This document shows, in pieces, positions 18,383-27,815 of a stretch of 60,438 bases of DNA. The notes under the pieces are model-generated. The model was not told where the DNA came from. It worked only from the letters and a program-made list of their open reading frames with translations, and did no database searches. The position numbers and the translations under genes were made by a program. How positions within the stretch are numbered: the first letter of the stretch is position 1; the number at the start of each line of letters is the position of its first letter. Source of the DNA: Thermoanaerobaculia bacterium (GTDB lineage Bacteria; Acidobacteriota; Thermoanaerobaculia; UBA5066; Gp7-AA6); the NCBI GenBank assembly GCA_046261875.1, contig JBHENW010000200.1, forward strand, positions 1 to 60,438, given 5' to 3'.

Positions 18383-18787
18383 ATGGACAAGGAGCTCGAG
18401 ACCGCCCTCGACGACCTGATCCTCGGCCGCGGCGTGGCCCGCGGCCGACACAGCCTGCGTCACTCCGGACGGATCGTGCGGGCGGAGATGGAGGAGCGGC
18501 TGCGGCACAACGGGTTCCGTGAGATGACCGTGCGGGAGGCGCCGATCGAGCCCGGCGAGAAGATCCCCGCCTTCTCCTTGCACGACGAGACGGCGGATTT
18601 CGGATACATCCGCTGGGAGATCTTCACGCCGAAGAGCCGCCGGAAGCTCTTCGCTTCCGAGCACCGTCGTCCGGACAACCAGGAGTGGGCGGTCCAGATC
18701 AACCTGGGCTCGACCGAGAAAGTCTGGGCCGATCCGGAGCGCAAGGAGCGGCACGATGTGGACACGGTCGTCGCCGTCAACCCGTGA
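18383..18787 (+). CDS. Hypothetical protein
   Basis: Globular-looking ORF with TAGGAT 8 nt upstream of its ATG. Its stop overlaps the start of the MBL hydrolase (GTGA). Confidence 0.7.
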   Translation: MDKELETALDDLILGRGVARGRHSLRHSGRIVRAEMEERLRHNGFREMTVREAPIEPGEKIPAFSLHDETADFGYIRWEIFTPKSRRKLFASEHRRPDNQEWAVQINLGSTEKVWADPERKERHDVDTVVAVNP

Positions 18788-19422
18788 AACCGTCCCTCCA
18801 GATCGTCCCGGTCGGTCCGCTCCAGTGCAACTGCTCGATCCTCATGGACGAAGCATTCGGCGAAGCGCTGATCATCGATCCGGGCGATGAGCCCGCGAAG
18901 ATCCTGGCCGCTCTCGCCGGAGCCGGCGCGAAACCCGTCGCCCTGCTCCACACGCACGCCCATTTCGACCACATCGGCGGCACCCGCGAGCTCCGGCGCG
19001 CCACGGAAGCGCCGATCCGGCTGCATCCGGCCGACCGGTTCCTGTACGACGCGCTCCCGAAGCAGGCCGCCCTCTTCGGCGAATCGGCGACGGAGCCGCT
19101 GCCTCCGGACGGCGACCTGGCTGACGGTCAGACGATCCCCTTCGGCGCATCCGCGGTCCGCGCGATCCACACTCCCGGTCACACCCCGGGCTCGACTTGC
19201 TTCCTGCTCGACGGCGACCCGCCGGTGCTCTTCTCGGGCGATACGCTGTTCCGCCGTTCGATCGGACGCACGGATCTCTGGGGCGGCGACGGCGATCAGA
19301 TCCTCACTTCGATTCGGGAGAAGCTCTACACGCTGCCGCCGGCGACGCGCGTCGTCTGCGGCCACGGCCCGGATACGACGATCGGAGAGGAGCGGAAGCT
19401 CAACCCGTTCGTCCGGGAATAG
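18784..19422 (+). CDS. MBL-fold metallo-hydrolase (glyoxalase II/YcbL-like)
   Basis: THAHFDHIGG, HTPGHTPGS, FSGDTLF, GHGPDTTIGEE. GTG start at 18784. Confidence 0.92.
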   Translation: MKPSLQIVPVGPLQCNCSILMDEAFGEALIIDPGDEPAKILAALAGAGAKPVALLHTHAHFDHIGGTRELRRATEAPIRLHPADRFLYDALPKQAALFGESATEPLPPDGDLADGQTIPFGASAVRAIHTPGHTPGSTCFLLDGDPPVLFSGDTLFRRSIGRTDLWGGDGDQILTSIREKLYTLPPATRVVCGHGPDTTIGEERKLNPFVRE

Positions 19423-19433
19423 CCGACAACTTT

Positions 19434-19439
19434 TATAAT
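19434..19439 (+). promoter_or_regulatory. Consensus -10 box TATAAT 7 nt upstream of ATG 19447 (likely leaderless)
   Basis: TTTTATAATCCCCTCGATG in an otherwise GC-rich context, with no Shine-Dalgarno sequence. Confidence 0.6.
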
Positions 19440-19446
19440 CCCCTCG

Positions 19447-20127
19447 ATGAAGCTCTCGCTCCCGGACCAGTCGCGTCTCGTGTCGGCGTTCTGGAAGGAC
19501 CTGCCTCCGGTCTGCCCCAGGCACGACCTCCCGATGCGGTCCTTCTTCGTGGAGCGGGTCTACAAGCCACAGGTCGTCATGGTCTGCGCGAAGGGCGAGA
19601 TGTTCCGCTTCGATCAGAAGCCGAAGCAGATCGAGTTTTCGCGGCCGCACCTGAAGACGATGGTGCTCGATGCGCAGGAGCGGGAGTCTCCCGCGTGCGC
19701 CCAGGACTTCACGCCCCTCGTCGTCTACCGGACGCCGGCCAAGTTCATCCCGAAAGGCTGGGACTACTCCTTCATCTGTCCCAACTGCCTTTCCTACGGA
19801 CAGTGGATCGACACGGGACGCCCCGAAGAAGACGTCACGGCCGCGCCGATCCAGAAGAAAGAAGCGCCCCCCTTCCACGACGAGACCCTCCCGCTCCCGA
19901 AGCGGATGGACATGGCCAAGGAGGGGGACCTCAAGACGAAGCTCTACGCCGCCATGGCGCAGACGGACTGCACCGCTTGCGGCTATGACTGCGAGGGATA
20001 CGCCTACGCCCTCGCCGACGGCTCGGAGAAGGATCCGAATCTCTGCGTCCCGGGCAAGGAGGAGACGGCCCGCGTCGTCAAGGACCTCCTCAAAGGCACG
20101 GGCCTGCCCGCGTCTTTCGTCGCCTAG
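19447..20127 (+). CDS. Protein with two N-terminal Cys/His motifs and a C-terminal putative [4Fe-4S] domain (PF04060/RnfB-type)
   Basis: CPRH...C, CAQD...CPNC, then AMAQTDCTACGYDCEGYA...LCVPG. Confidence 0.75.
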   Translation: MKLSLPDQSRLVSAFWKDLPPVCPRHDLPMRSFFVERVYKPQVVMVCAKGEMFRFDQKPKQIEFSRPHLKTMVLDAQERESPACAQDFTPLVVYRTPAKFIPKGWDYSFICPNCLSYGQWIDTGRPEEDVTAAPIQKKEAPPFHDETLPLPKRMDMAKEGDLKTKLYAAMAQTDCTACGYDCEGYAYALADGSEKDPNLCVPGKEETARVVKDLLKGTGLPASFVA

Positions 20128-22775
20128 GTCCCGGTCCCTCCCTCCAGTACGGCCGCGACGCCGACGGGCTCCGCTCGAAGCGCCTGCCGGCTGACCGCTC
20201 GGATCGGGAGCGTGAAAACGAACCGGCTCCCGTGGCCGACGACGCTTTCCGCACGGATCGTCCCGCCGTGGAGCTCGACGAGCGAGCGGGCGAGCGACAG
20301 GCCGATCCCCATCCCGGCGTAGCGCCGCGTCGGCGAGCCGTCCACCTGGCGGAAGCGCTCGAAGACGTGAGGCAGCTCGCTTTCCGGGATACCGATTCCG
20401 TCGTCCTCGACGCTGACGACGAATCGCTCCGGTTCGCGCTCGACGCGCACGATGATCCGCCCGTGTCGGGAGGTGAACTTGATCGCATTGGAGAGGAGGT
20501 TCCAAAGGACCTGCTGCAGACGGAGCGGGTCGGCGCGGGTTATCGGGAGCGAAGGAGGCATCGGGGCCGTGATGATCGCGACGGACCGCGCTTCCGCCAT
20601 GAGCCGGACCGTGTCGATCGAGCGCTGGATGACCTCGGGAAGCGAGACCGGCCGCAGGTCCAGGGAGAGCGCGCCGCGGTCCATGCGCGCGAGATCCAGC
20701 AGGTCGTCGATCAGCGCGAGCAGGACCCGCGAGGAATGGCGGACCTGCCGCAGTCCCCGGCGGCGGGTCGCTTCATCGAGCGATTCTTCTTCGAAAAGGT
20801 CGAGCCATCCGACGATCGAGGTCAGGGGCGTGCGCAGCTCGTGGTTGATGTTCTGGAGAAACTGGTCCTTCAGCCGGCTCGCCCGACGGAGCTCCTCGAC
20901 CGTCCCCGTCAGCTCGGCATAGAGCCGCGTGTGCTTGACCAGAAGGGTCGCGGCGTCGGCGAACGAGACCATCGCGTCCACCTCTTCGGGCCCGAAACCG
21001 CCCGGACGGTTGACCGCCATGACGACGCCGATCGTCCCCTCCTCGACCTTCAGCGGCGCGTACATGCCGTTGGTCGCGTTGAAGGCGCGCTGGGTCTCGC
21101 GGTGCACGTACGGATCTCGCTCGAGGTCGTTTGAGTAGTAGAGCTCCCCGGTCTGGAAGACCATGGCCGTGATCGATCTCCTGTCCAGGGGGACCTCGAG
21201 CGCGCTGACGAGCTCTTCCGAGACGTTCCAACCCGGCCAACTCGCCTTGAGCCGGTTGGTCTCCGGGTCATGGAGGAAGAACACGACCCGCTCGGCTCGC
21301 GTGAAGGCGGCGATCGCCTCGCTGCACCGCGCGAGGACCTCCTTGAGGTCCACCAACCTGTAGGAGGCGCGGAAGAGCAGGTGGAGCCGCCGCAGCGTCT
21401 CCACCCGCCGCTCGATACGCCGCCCCATGAGATCCAGGGCCGCGGCCAGTCGTCCCACCTCGTCCGGAGCGGCGCGCCCCTCGACGGCGACCGAACGACC
21501 GCGCCCGATCGATTCGGCCGCCCGCACGAGCGAGTACACGGGCGCGGAGATCCGTCGCGAAACGAAGAGGACGGCCAGGAGAATCGCGGCGACCAGGTAG
21601 ATGAAGAGCAGCAACACGTCTCGCCGCACCGCGGAGTAGGAACGGGGCTGGATCTCCAGCCGCGCCTCCCGGCCGATGGCGGCGAGGGCGTCCGCGGAGA
21701 GACCCTCGACAAACACCCAGCCCGTGCTGCGCACGGGGGTATGCGCCAGCAGGTGCGTGCCGCCACGCAGCACATAGCGATCCGAGGCGCTCCGCGGCAT
21801 CTGAATGGCGCGGGCGAGGCGCAGCCGGCCGGAGTCGAAGGTATCGATCAGCTTCTCCGCTTCCGCGCCGCGCCAGCCGAGTATCTTCGCGGCGGCTGGC
21901 GGCATGCGCAGCGCGTGGCCCGCTCCGTCCAGCGCAAACCAGACGTCACCGCCCGGATTCCCGAGCGACAGGGCTTCGTCCACCCAGCGCCGCGCGTCCA
22001 TGTCGAGGGACAGGCTGCCGAGCAGCTCGCCGGATGCCGAGCGCACCGGGACGAAGAGCGTAACGAGCCGCGGATCGCCGGCCATCCGCGGGCCGGCGTG
22101 GGCCGGCGACCAAACCGCTTCCTCCTTTGCGACCGAGTGCTGCGGAAATCGGGCCGTGCGGTTGAAGACGAAGTCTTCCAGAGCTCCACCCGACTGGCGG
22201 ATGCCCGCGTGCAGGTCCACCCAAGGGCTGTGGCGCATGACCCCCGAGGCGGTCCAGATCCCCACGTTCCGGACCGTGTGGCGCCGCTCGCGCAGCTCCT
22301 TCATGAGGCCGGCCAGCTTCCTGGTCCTCGCGACGTCCCGGCGCGCCCGGAGGAGGTCGGGGCGCGCGGAGGAGATGAAGGCGACCGAGTCGTCTTCGGG
22401 AGTCGGAGTCCAGAGGAGACCGTGGTCGTCGGCCGAGACCGCGCCGAACTCGGACGTGTCGCCGAAATCCTCTTCCAGGGCGTGTCGGACCGCGCCGGCG
22501 AGAGACCAGGCGGCCTCCTGCGCCGTCTGCGCCCGGCGTTCGAGCGACTCCGCGCGGAACAGCGCGTCCTGCCGGAGCCGCATCGCCGCCTCGGCTTCCC
22601 GGCTCGCGGCGAAGACGTCCGCGGAGGTCTCCTCGAGAGCCCGGAGCTGATTGACGAGGACGAGCACGAAGACCGACCCGGGGATGAAGAACGCGAGTAA
22701 GAAGCCCCAGAGCAGCCGCGCGGTCATGCTCCGCCGCGGATCGAGCGAGCGCCACAGCCGCGCCAGGGCGGTCAT
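20124..22775 (-). CDS. Sensor histidine kinase (periplasmic Cache-like, HAMP, GAF, HisKA, HATPase)
   Basis: Two TM helices, HAMP DEVGRLA, H-box NHELRTPLTSI, NLLSNAIKFT, DDGIGIP, GMGIGLSL. Confidence 0.92.
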   Translation of the reverse strand: MTALARLWRSLDPRRSMTARLLWGFLLAFFIPGSVFVLVLVNQLRALEETSADVFAASREAEAAMRLRQDALFRAESLERRAQTAQEAAWSLAGAVRHALEEDFGDTSEFGAVSADDHGLLWTPTPEDDSVAFISSARPDLLRARRDVARTRKLAGLMKELRERRHTVRNVGIWTASGVMRHSPWVDLHAGIRQSGGALEDFVFNRTARFPQHSVAKEEAVWSPAHAGPRMAGDPRLVTLFVPVRSASGELLGSLSLDMDARRWVDEALSLGNPGGDVWFALDGAGHALRMPPAAAKILGWRGAEAEKLIDTFDSGRLRLARAIQMPRSASDRYVLRGGTHLLAHTPVRSTGWVFVEGLSADALAAIGREARLEIQPRSYSAVRRDVLLLFIYLVAAILLAVLFVSRRISAPVYSLVRAAESIGRGRSVAVEGRAAPDEVGRLAAALDLMGRRIERRVETLRRLHLLFRASYRLVDLKEVLARCSEAIAAFTRAERVVFFLHDPETNRLKASWPGWNVSEELVSALEVPLDRRSITAMVFQTGELYYSNDLERDPYVHRETQRAFNATNGMYAPLKVEEGTIGVVMAVNRPGGFGPEEVDAMVSFADAATLLVKHTRLYAELTGTVEELRRASRLKDQFLQNINHELRTPLTSIVGWLDLFEEESLDEATRRRGLRQVRHSSRVLLALIDDLLDLARMDRGALSLDLRPVSLPEVIQRSIDTVRLMAEARSVAIITAPMPPSLPITRADPLRLQQVLWNLLSNAIKFTSRHGRIIVRVEREPERFVVSVEDDGIGIPESELPHVFERFRQVDGSPTRRYAGMGIGLSLARSLVELHGGTIRAESVVGHGSRFVFTLPIRAVSRQALRAEPVGVAAVLEGGTGT

Positions 22776-22966
22776 ATGTTCCGGAGCGTGACGCCCCGGG
22801 ACAGTGTTTTCATGGATTTGCCGACATTTTAGCCGACGCGAACGTTTTTGTCCTTAGTGGATCGAGCTCCCGCCAGGGAGCACGCGGGATCCGGCGCGCG
22901 ATCGAGCCCCTTTGCGCGAGTCGCGCGCCGGTGCTTCAGCAGATCCCGCGCAAGCGGAGCCGACGG

Positions 22967-24184
22967 CTACTCGTAACGGAGCGCTTCGATCGGGTCGAGA
23001 CGAGCGGCCTTGCGCGCCGGGTAGAAACCGAAGAACACGCCGATGGCTGCCGAGAATCCGAATGCGAGCATCACGGCGGCCGGCGAGATCTGGATCGGCC
23101 ACTGGGCCTTCCAGGCGAGCAGCCGCGAGGCTCCCACACCCAGGGCAATGCCGATCGCCCCGCCCGCGACGGAAAGCGTCAAGGCTTCGATCAGAAACTG
23201 CGTGAGGATGTCCTTCCCCTTCGCGCCGATCGCGAGGCGGATCCCGATCTCGCGCGTGCGCTCCGTCACGGAGACGAGCATGATGTTCATGATCCCGATT
23301 CCGCCGACGAGCAGCGAGATCGAAGCGGCGGAGGCGAGCAGGACGGAGAGCGTCCGGGAGGTCTCGTCCGCCGTCTCGGCGATCTCCTGTTGCGAACGGA
23401 TCTGGAAGTCGGCATCCCCCCCGGGAGGGATGCGATGCCGCTGTCGCAGCAGCGCGTCGATTTCGGACTGCGCCTGCGCGACGGACTGGCGGGAGACGGC
23501 CGACGCCATCACGACGTCGATGCGATTGCGCCCCTTGAGCAGCCTGATCACGGTGGTATACGGGGCGATGACGACGTCGTCCTGATCCTGGCCCGTCGTG
23601 TTGCCGCCCTTCCTCTCGAGCACGCCGATGACGCGGAAGGGAAAGTTCTTGATGCGTATCGTCTCCCCGACCGGGTTCTGGGCATCGAAGAGCGCCTCGG
23701 AAACGGTGGCTCCGAGGACGGCGACTTTGGCCGCCGAGCGCACCTCGGACTCCCCGAAGAACGCGCCACGGTCCACGTTCCAGGCGCGGATGAAAGGCCA
23801 TTCCACGCCGACCCCTTGCGTCTGTGTCGACCAGTTCATCGTTCCGGCGACGATCTGGCCGCTGGCCCGGGCCACCGGCGAGACGTACGAGACGGATGGA
23901 GCCTCCGTCTTGATGGCGGCGACGTCCTCTTCGGTGAGCGCCGAGTCCCCGGTGAAGACGCGGGCGCCCGACTGCGTGGTGGCACCCGGGAAGACCATCA
24001 GGAAGTTGCTGCCGAGGGCGCTGATCTGGGATTGGATCGCGGCCTGCGACCCCTGTCCGACGCCGATCATCGCGATGACGCAGGCGACGCCGATGATGAT
24101 CCCGAGCGCCGTCAGGGTCGACCGCATCTTGTTGCGCACGATGGCCTTGAGGCCGACCTTGAGGATCGTCAGGAACTTAAACAC
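22967..24184 (-). CDS. MacB-type ABC transporter permease
   Basis: MRSTLTALGIIIGVACVI, VGGIGIMNIMLVSVTERTREIGIR, LDPIEALRYE. GTG start at 24184 follows GGAGG. Confidence 0.92.
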   Translation of the reverse strand: MFKFLTILKVGLKAIVRNKMRSTLTALGIIIGVACVIAMIGVGQGSQAAIQSQISALGSNFLMVFPGATTQSGARVFTGDSALTEEDVAAIKTEAPSVSYVSPVARASGQIVAGTMNWSTQTQGVGVEWPFIRAWNVDRGAFFGESEVRSAAKVAVLGATVSEALFDAQNPVGETIRIKNFPFRVIGVLERKGGNTTGQDQDDVVIAPYTTVIRLLKGRNRIDVVMASAVSRQSVAQAQSEIDALLRQRHRIPPGGDADFQIRSQQEIAETADETSRTLSVLLASAASISLLVGGIGIMNIMLVSVTERTREIGIRLAIGAKGKDILTQFLIEALTLSVAGGAIGIALGVGASRLLAWKAQWPIQISPAAVMLAFGFSAAIGVFFGFYPARKAARLDPIEALRYE

Positions 24185-24959
24185 GGCACACTCCTCCCGC
24201 ACGCCGCCGCTGGGAGACGGGATGGTCCTCGACGACCTGCCCGTCACGGAAAACGACGATGCGTCGGGCGTACTCGGCGATGTCGGCTTCGTGGGTGATG
24301 ACGACCACGGTCTTGCCGTCGTCGTTGAGCGCCTGGAAGACGCCCATGACCTCTTCGGAGGTCTTCGTGTCGAGGTTTCCGGTCGGCTCGTCCGCCAGGA
24401 TGAGTTTGGGGTCGTTGATGAGCGCACGGGCGATCGCGACGCGCTGCTGCTGGCCGCCGGAGAGCTGGCTGGGGAAGTGGCCTTCCCGCCCCGCCAGGCC
24501 CACGATGGCCAGGCACCGGCGCGCTTTCGCTTCGCGCTCCGCCGACGTGAGCCGACTGTTGGCCGAGTAGATCAGGGGGAGCTCGACGTTCTCGATCGCG
24601 GAGGTGCGCGCGAGGAGGTTGAAGGATTGGAAAACGAACCCGATCTTCCCGTTCCGGATCTCGGCTCGCTCGTCCCGGTCGAGCCCGGACACGTCCTGCC
24701 CATCGAGGAAATAGCGGCCCGAGGTGGGTCGGTCGAGGCATCCCACGATGTTCATGAAGGTGCTCTTGCCGGAGCCCGAAGGTCCCATGACCGCGACGAA
24801 CTCTCCCGGCTCGATCGAGAGCGACAACCCGTCGAGCGCCCGCACTTGCACCTCGCCCATCTGATAGACGCGCTCGAGGTGTTCGATGCGGATGACGGAA
24901 GGTGTCGATCCGGGGTCGGTCCGGAGGGCCCCGACCGCCGCGGACTCCGAAAGGGCCAT
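24177..24959 (-). CDS. MacB-type ABC transporter ATP-binding protein
   Basis: GPSGSGKST, IGFVFQSFNLL, LSGGQQQR, DEPTGNLD. Confidence 0.92.
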   Translation of the reverse strand: MALSESAAVGALRTDPGSTPSVIRIEHLERVYQMGEVQVRALDGLSLSIEPGEFVAVMGPSGSGKSTFMNIVGCLDRPTSGRYFLDGQDVSGLDRDERAEIRNGKIGFVFQSFNLLARTSAIENVELPLIYSANSRLTSAEREAKARRCLAIVGLAGREGHFPSQLSGGQQQRVAIARALINDPKLILADEPTGNLDTKTSEEVMGVFQALNDDGKTVVVITHEADIAEYARRIVVFRDGQVVEDHPVSQRRRAGGVCRV

Positions 24960-26215
24960 CAGAACCCGCGGCGGCCGCCGCCGCCGGCGCCGCGCCCCGC
25001 GGGGCCGGTCCCGGAGATCTGCGCGCGGGCGGTCGCGACGCCCGTGACCACTGCGTCCCCCTCTTTCAGGTCGCCCGAGACCACCTGGGTGTACCGGCCG
25101 TCGGTGATTCCGGTGCGGATCGCAACCGGCTTCGGATCGCCGTCGGGCTCCGCGGGAGCCGCATAGACCGTCTGGGGACGAAGAGCGACCGCGCCGGCCC
25201 GTCCACCTCCGGCGGTCCGTCCGAACTGGCGAGTCGCCGCCGCCGGCCCCGTCGCTGATCCCGTGCGCGCCGCCCGCTCCTCCGCCGAAGTCGCGTCGGT
25301 CACCTCGGGGCGGAAACGGAGGGCCGCGTTCGGAATCCGGAGGACGTCGCGGACGCTCTCGACGTCGATTGTGACGTTCGCGGTCATCGTCGGACGCAAC
25401 AGCATTTCCGGGTTGGAGACCTCGACGATGACCGGATAGGTGACCACGTTCTGGTTGACGGTCGCATTGAGCCGGATCTGGCTCACCCTGCCCCGGAACT
25501 CCCGCTCGGGGTAGGCATCCACGTTGAACCGGACGGGCTGTCCGACCTTCACCCCTCCGATGTCCGACTCCGCGATGTCCGCAGCGACCTGCATCTTGGT
25601 GAGGTCCTGCGCGATCGTGAACAGGGTCGGCGCCTGAAAAGAGGCCGCGACCGTCTGTCCCACGTCGTATTGCCGCGCGACGACGACTCCATCGATCGGC
25701 GCCTCGATCTTCGTGTAGCGAAGGTCCGTGAGAGCCTGGTCGAGCGCCGCGCTGGCCTGGCGCACGCTGGCGCGGGCGACGTCCGCGTCCGCCTTGGCCT
25801 GGTCATAGTCCGCCTGCGGCGTGAGCTGCTGCTGCCTCAGGGCTTCCTGCCGGCGCAGAGAAATTTCCGCGTTGCGCAGCTCGATCTGCGCTTTCTGGAG
25901 GGCTGCGCGGCTCTGCTCGACGCGCGCCTCGAATGGGGTCGGATCGAGCTCCGCGAGGAGGTCGCCCTTCTTGACCTGGCTGTTGAAGTCCGCGTGGAGT
26001 CTCGCGATGATCCCGGAGACCTGGCTGCCGACCGCGACCGTCGTGACGGCGGAGAGAGCTCCGGTCGCCGTGACAGTCTTCGTCACGGTGCCGCGGTCCA
26101 CTTTCGACGTGCGGTACTTCGGTTCGGACTTGCTGCGGCCGCCCACGAGGAAGAGCACGCCGGCGACCGCGCCGACCGCAACGAGAACCCAGATCAGCGT
26201 TTTTCTCGTCTTCAT
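24959..26215 (-). CDS. MacA-like periplasmic adaptor (membrane fusion protein)
   Basis: N-terminal TM, VGSQVSG, IEAPIDGVVV, GQTVAASFQAPTLF, LRIPNAALRF. Confidence 0.92.
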   Translation of the reverse strand: MKTRKTLIWVLVAVGAVAGVLFLVGGRSKSEPKYRTSKVDRGTVTKTVTATGALSAVTTVAVGSQVSGIIARLHADFNSQVKKGDLLAELDPTPFEARVEQSRAALQKAQIELRNAEISLRRQEALRQQQLTPQADYDQAKADADVARASVRQASAALDQALTDLRYTKIEAPIDGVVVARQYDVGQTVAASFQAPTLFTIAQDLTKMQVAADIAESDIGGVKVGQPVRFNVDAYPEREFRGRVSQIRLNATVNQNVVTYPVIVEVSNPEMLLRPTMTANVTIDVESVRDVLRIPNAALRFRPEVTDATSAEERAARTGSATGPAAATRQFGRTAGGGRAGAVALRPQTVYAAPAEPDGDPKPVAIRTGITDGRYTQVVSGDLKEGDAVVTGVATARAQISGTGPAGRGAGGGGRRGF

Positions 26216-26312
26216 CGCGGCTTCTGAAACGCCCCCCGGGCGCAGGCTGTTCCCGATGTGAGCCTGTGCCAGTGCAATCGGCGTTCCCGCGATCGGGCGT
26301 CGCCCCTGCGCC

Positions 26313-27473
26313 CTAGTGGAGGAGCTCGAAGATGCGCTCGAGCTGCGCCAGGCCGGTTTGCAGGAGGAAGGTCCTGGCGCGCCCGTACGACTTTGCGCCG
26401 ATGAGGAAGAAACCGGGCTCTCCCGAGGCGAGATCGGCGGGCGCGATCGCCGGCACGGAAAGGCAGTCCGTGACGTTCGCCAGCGCGCGAGAAAGGCGGC
26501 CGGCCCCTTCGGTCGAAGGAGAAATCTCCAGGGGCAGCTCGCTCAAGAAAGTCAGGTCCGGCCTGTAACCCGTCAGGGAGACGATCTCATCGAATTCGCC
26601 GGAGCGGTCTCCCGAGAAGCGCGCTTCGACGGCGCCCCTCCCGTCGGAGAGCGCTTCGGCCGCTGCGCGGCGGTGAACGGTCAGGTATGGCGCTGGATCC
26701 GCCGCGAGGTCGTTGGCTCCGGCGGTGATGCGCGCGCGCTCCGGAAGAGGATCGTTCGCCACCTCCATGCACGGGCGGCGGTTCGGCGAGCGGACTGCCC
26801 ACGTCACGCGCGTGGCGGGGTGGCGTCCGGCGATCTCGCTCAGCCGGAGAATGGCGGTCGCCGCCGAGTGACCGTGCCCCGCGAGTAGGATCCGCCGGCC
26901 GGCGAGCCCGCCGGCGCGTTCCGCCAGGGCTCCGAGGTCGCGGATGATGCGGCCATCCATCCGCGATTCGCCCGGAGCCGGAACCCCTCCGGCGCCCAGG
27001 GCGTTGGGCTGCCCCGTGACGCCCGACGCGTCCATGAGAGCCTCGGCCTCGAACACGGACTCTTCGCCGTCACGGCGGGCCAGGACGCGGAAGGGACGCT
27101 CCGCGCGCAGCGGGTGTCCGCCGAAGTCCATGCGGGTCAGCCCCGCCCTTCCGACCGAAAGGACCTCGTGCCCCGCCCGGATTCTCCCGGCGAGGGCCGG
27201 CGACTGGGCGAGAGGGCGCAGGACGGCGTCCACCATTTCCGGGCCCGTCAGCAGGGTCTCCTCGGACGGCAGACGCCCGCCGAGGACGCGGCGCATCGCG
27301 GGCGAGACGTTCATGCTCAGCGGAGTGAAAAACCGGGTCGGGCCCCACCGGTCGAGCCCCGCCCCGACCTCCGCTTTCTCCAGAACCGTCACGTCGAACC
27401 CCCGCTCGACCCCCTCGAGCGCGGCGGCGAGCCCCATGGGGCCCGCCCCGATGATCAGCAGGCGCCGTGGCAG
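26313..27473 (-). CDS. FAD-dependent monooxygenase/oxidoreductase (type seen in ars clusters)
   Basis: LLIIGAGPMG Rossmann fold, DASG...PN.LG.GG.PA.GE, GHGHSA, DPLPERA, GAKSYGRARTFLL. The first in-frame start before the FAD motif is CTG at 27473. Confidence 0.85.
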   Translation of the reverse strand: MPRRLLIIGAGPMGLAAALEGVERGFDVTVLEKAEVGAGLDRWGPTRFFTPLSMNVSPAMRRVLGGRLPSEETLLTGPEMVDAVLRPLAQSPALAGRIRAGHEVLSVGRAGLTRMDFGGHPLRAERPFRVLARRDGEESVFEAEALMDASGVTGQPNALGAGGVPAPGESRMDGRIIRDLGALAERAGGLAGRRILLAGHGHSAATAILRLSEIAGRHPATRVTWAVRSPNRRPCMEVANDPLPERARITAGANDLAADPAPYLTVHRRAAAEALSDGRGAVEARFSGDRSGEFDEIVSLTGYRPDLTFLSELPLEISPSTEGAGRLSRALANVTDCLSVPAIAPADLASGEPGFFLIGAKSYGRARTFLLQTGLAQLERIFELLH

Positions 27474-27477
27474 CGGC

Positions 27478-27807
27478 TCACCCTTTTCGCGCGATCGTGT
27501 TGCAGGCCTGGACCCAGTGCGCGATGGTTCCTCCGCCGCGAATGACCGCGGCCACGTTCACCGCTTCCGACATCTCCTCCGGAGATATCCCGGCGTCGGT
27601 GCACGCCGAAGCATAGGAGTCGATGCAATACGGCTCCTGGATGGCGTACGCCACGGCGAAGGCGATCAGCTTCTTGGTCCGATCGTCGAGAGCGCCCGGG
27701 CTCATCGTCGCCGTGTACCACTGGAGAAAGAGATCCCAGAGCTTCGGCTGCGTCTTCCCCATCTCGGGGAAGCGGGCGAGGTCCTCGGAAAGGTAGTAGC
27801 TCGGCAT
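27478..27807 (-). CDS. AhpD/CMD-family protein resembling the arsenosugar-locus peroxidase-like family
   Basis: MPSYY...DL..F, GALDDRTKKLIAFAVA, QEPYCIDSY, EMSEAVNVAAVIRGG. ATG at 27807. Confidence 0.8.
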   Translation of the reverse strand: MPSYYLSEDLARFPEMGKTQPKLWDLFLQWYTATMSPGALDDRTKKLIAFAVAYAIQEPYCIDSYASACTDAGISPEEMSEAVNVAAVIRGGGTIAHWVQACNTIARKG

Positions 27808-27815
27808 GTGCGTTC

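Noticed and set aside
27437-27480. Frameshift/pseudogene at the monooxygenase 5' end
   Set aside because: The frame is open through the GAGPMG motif, and an in-frame CTG right after the upstream stop explains it without a lesion.
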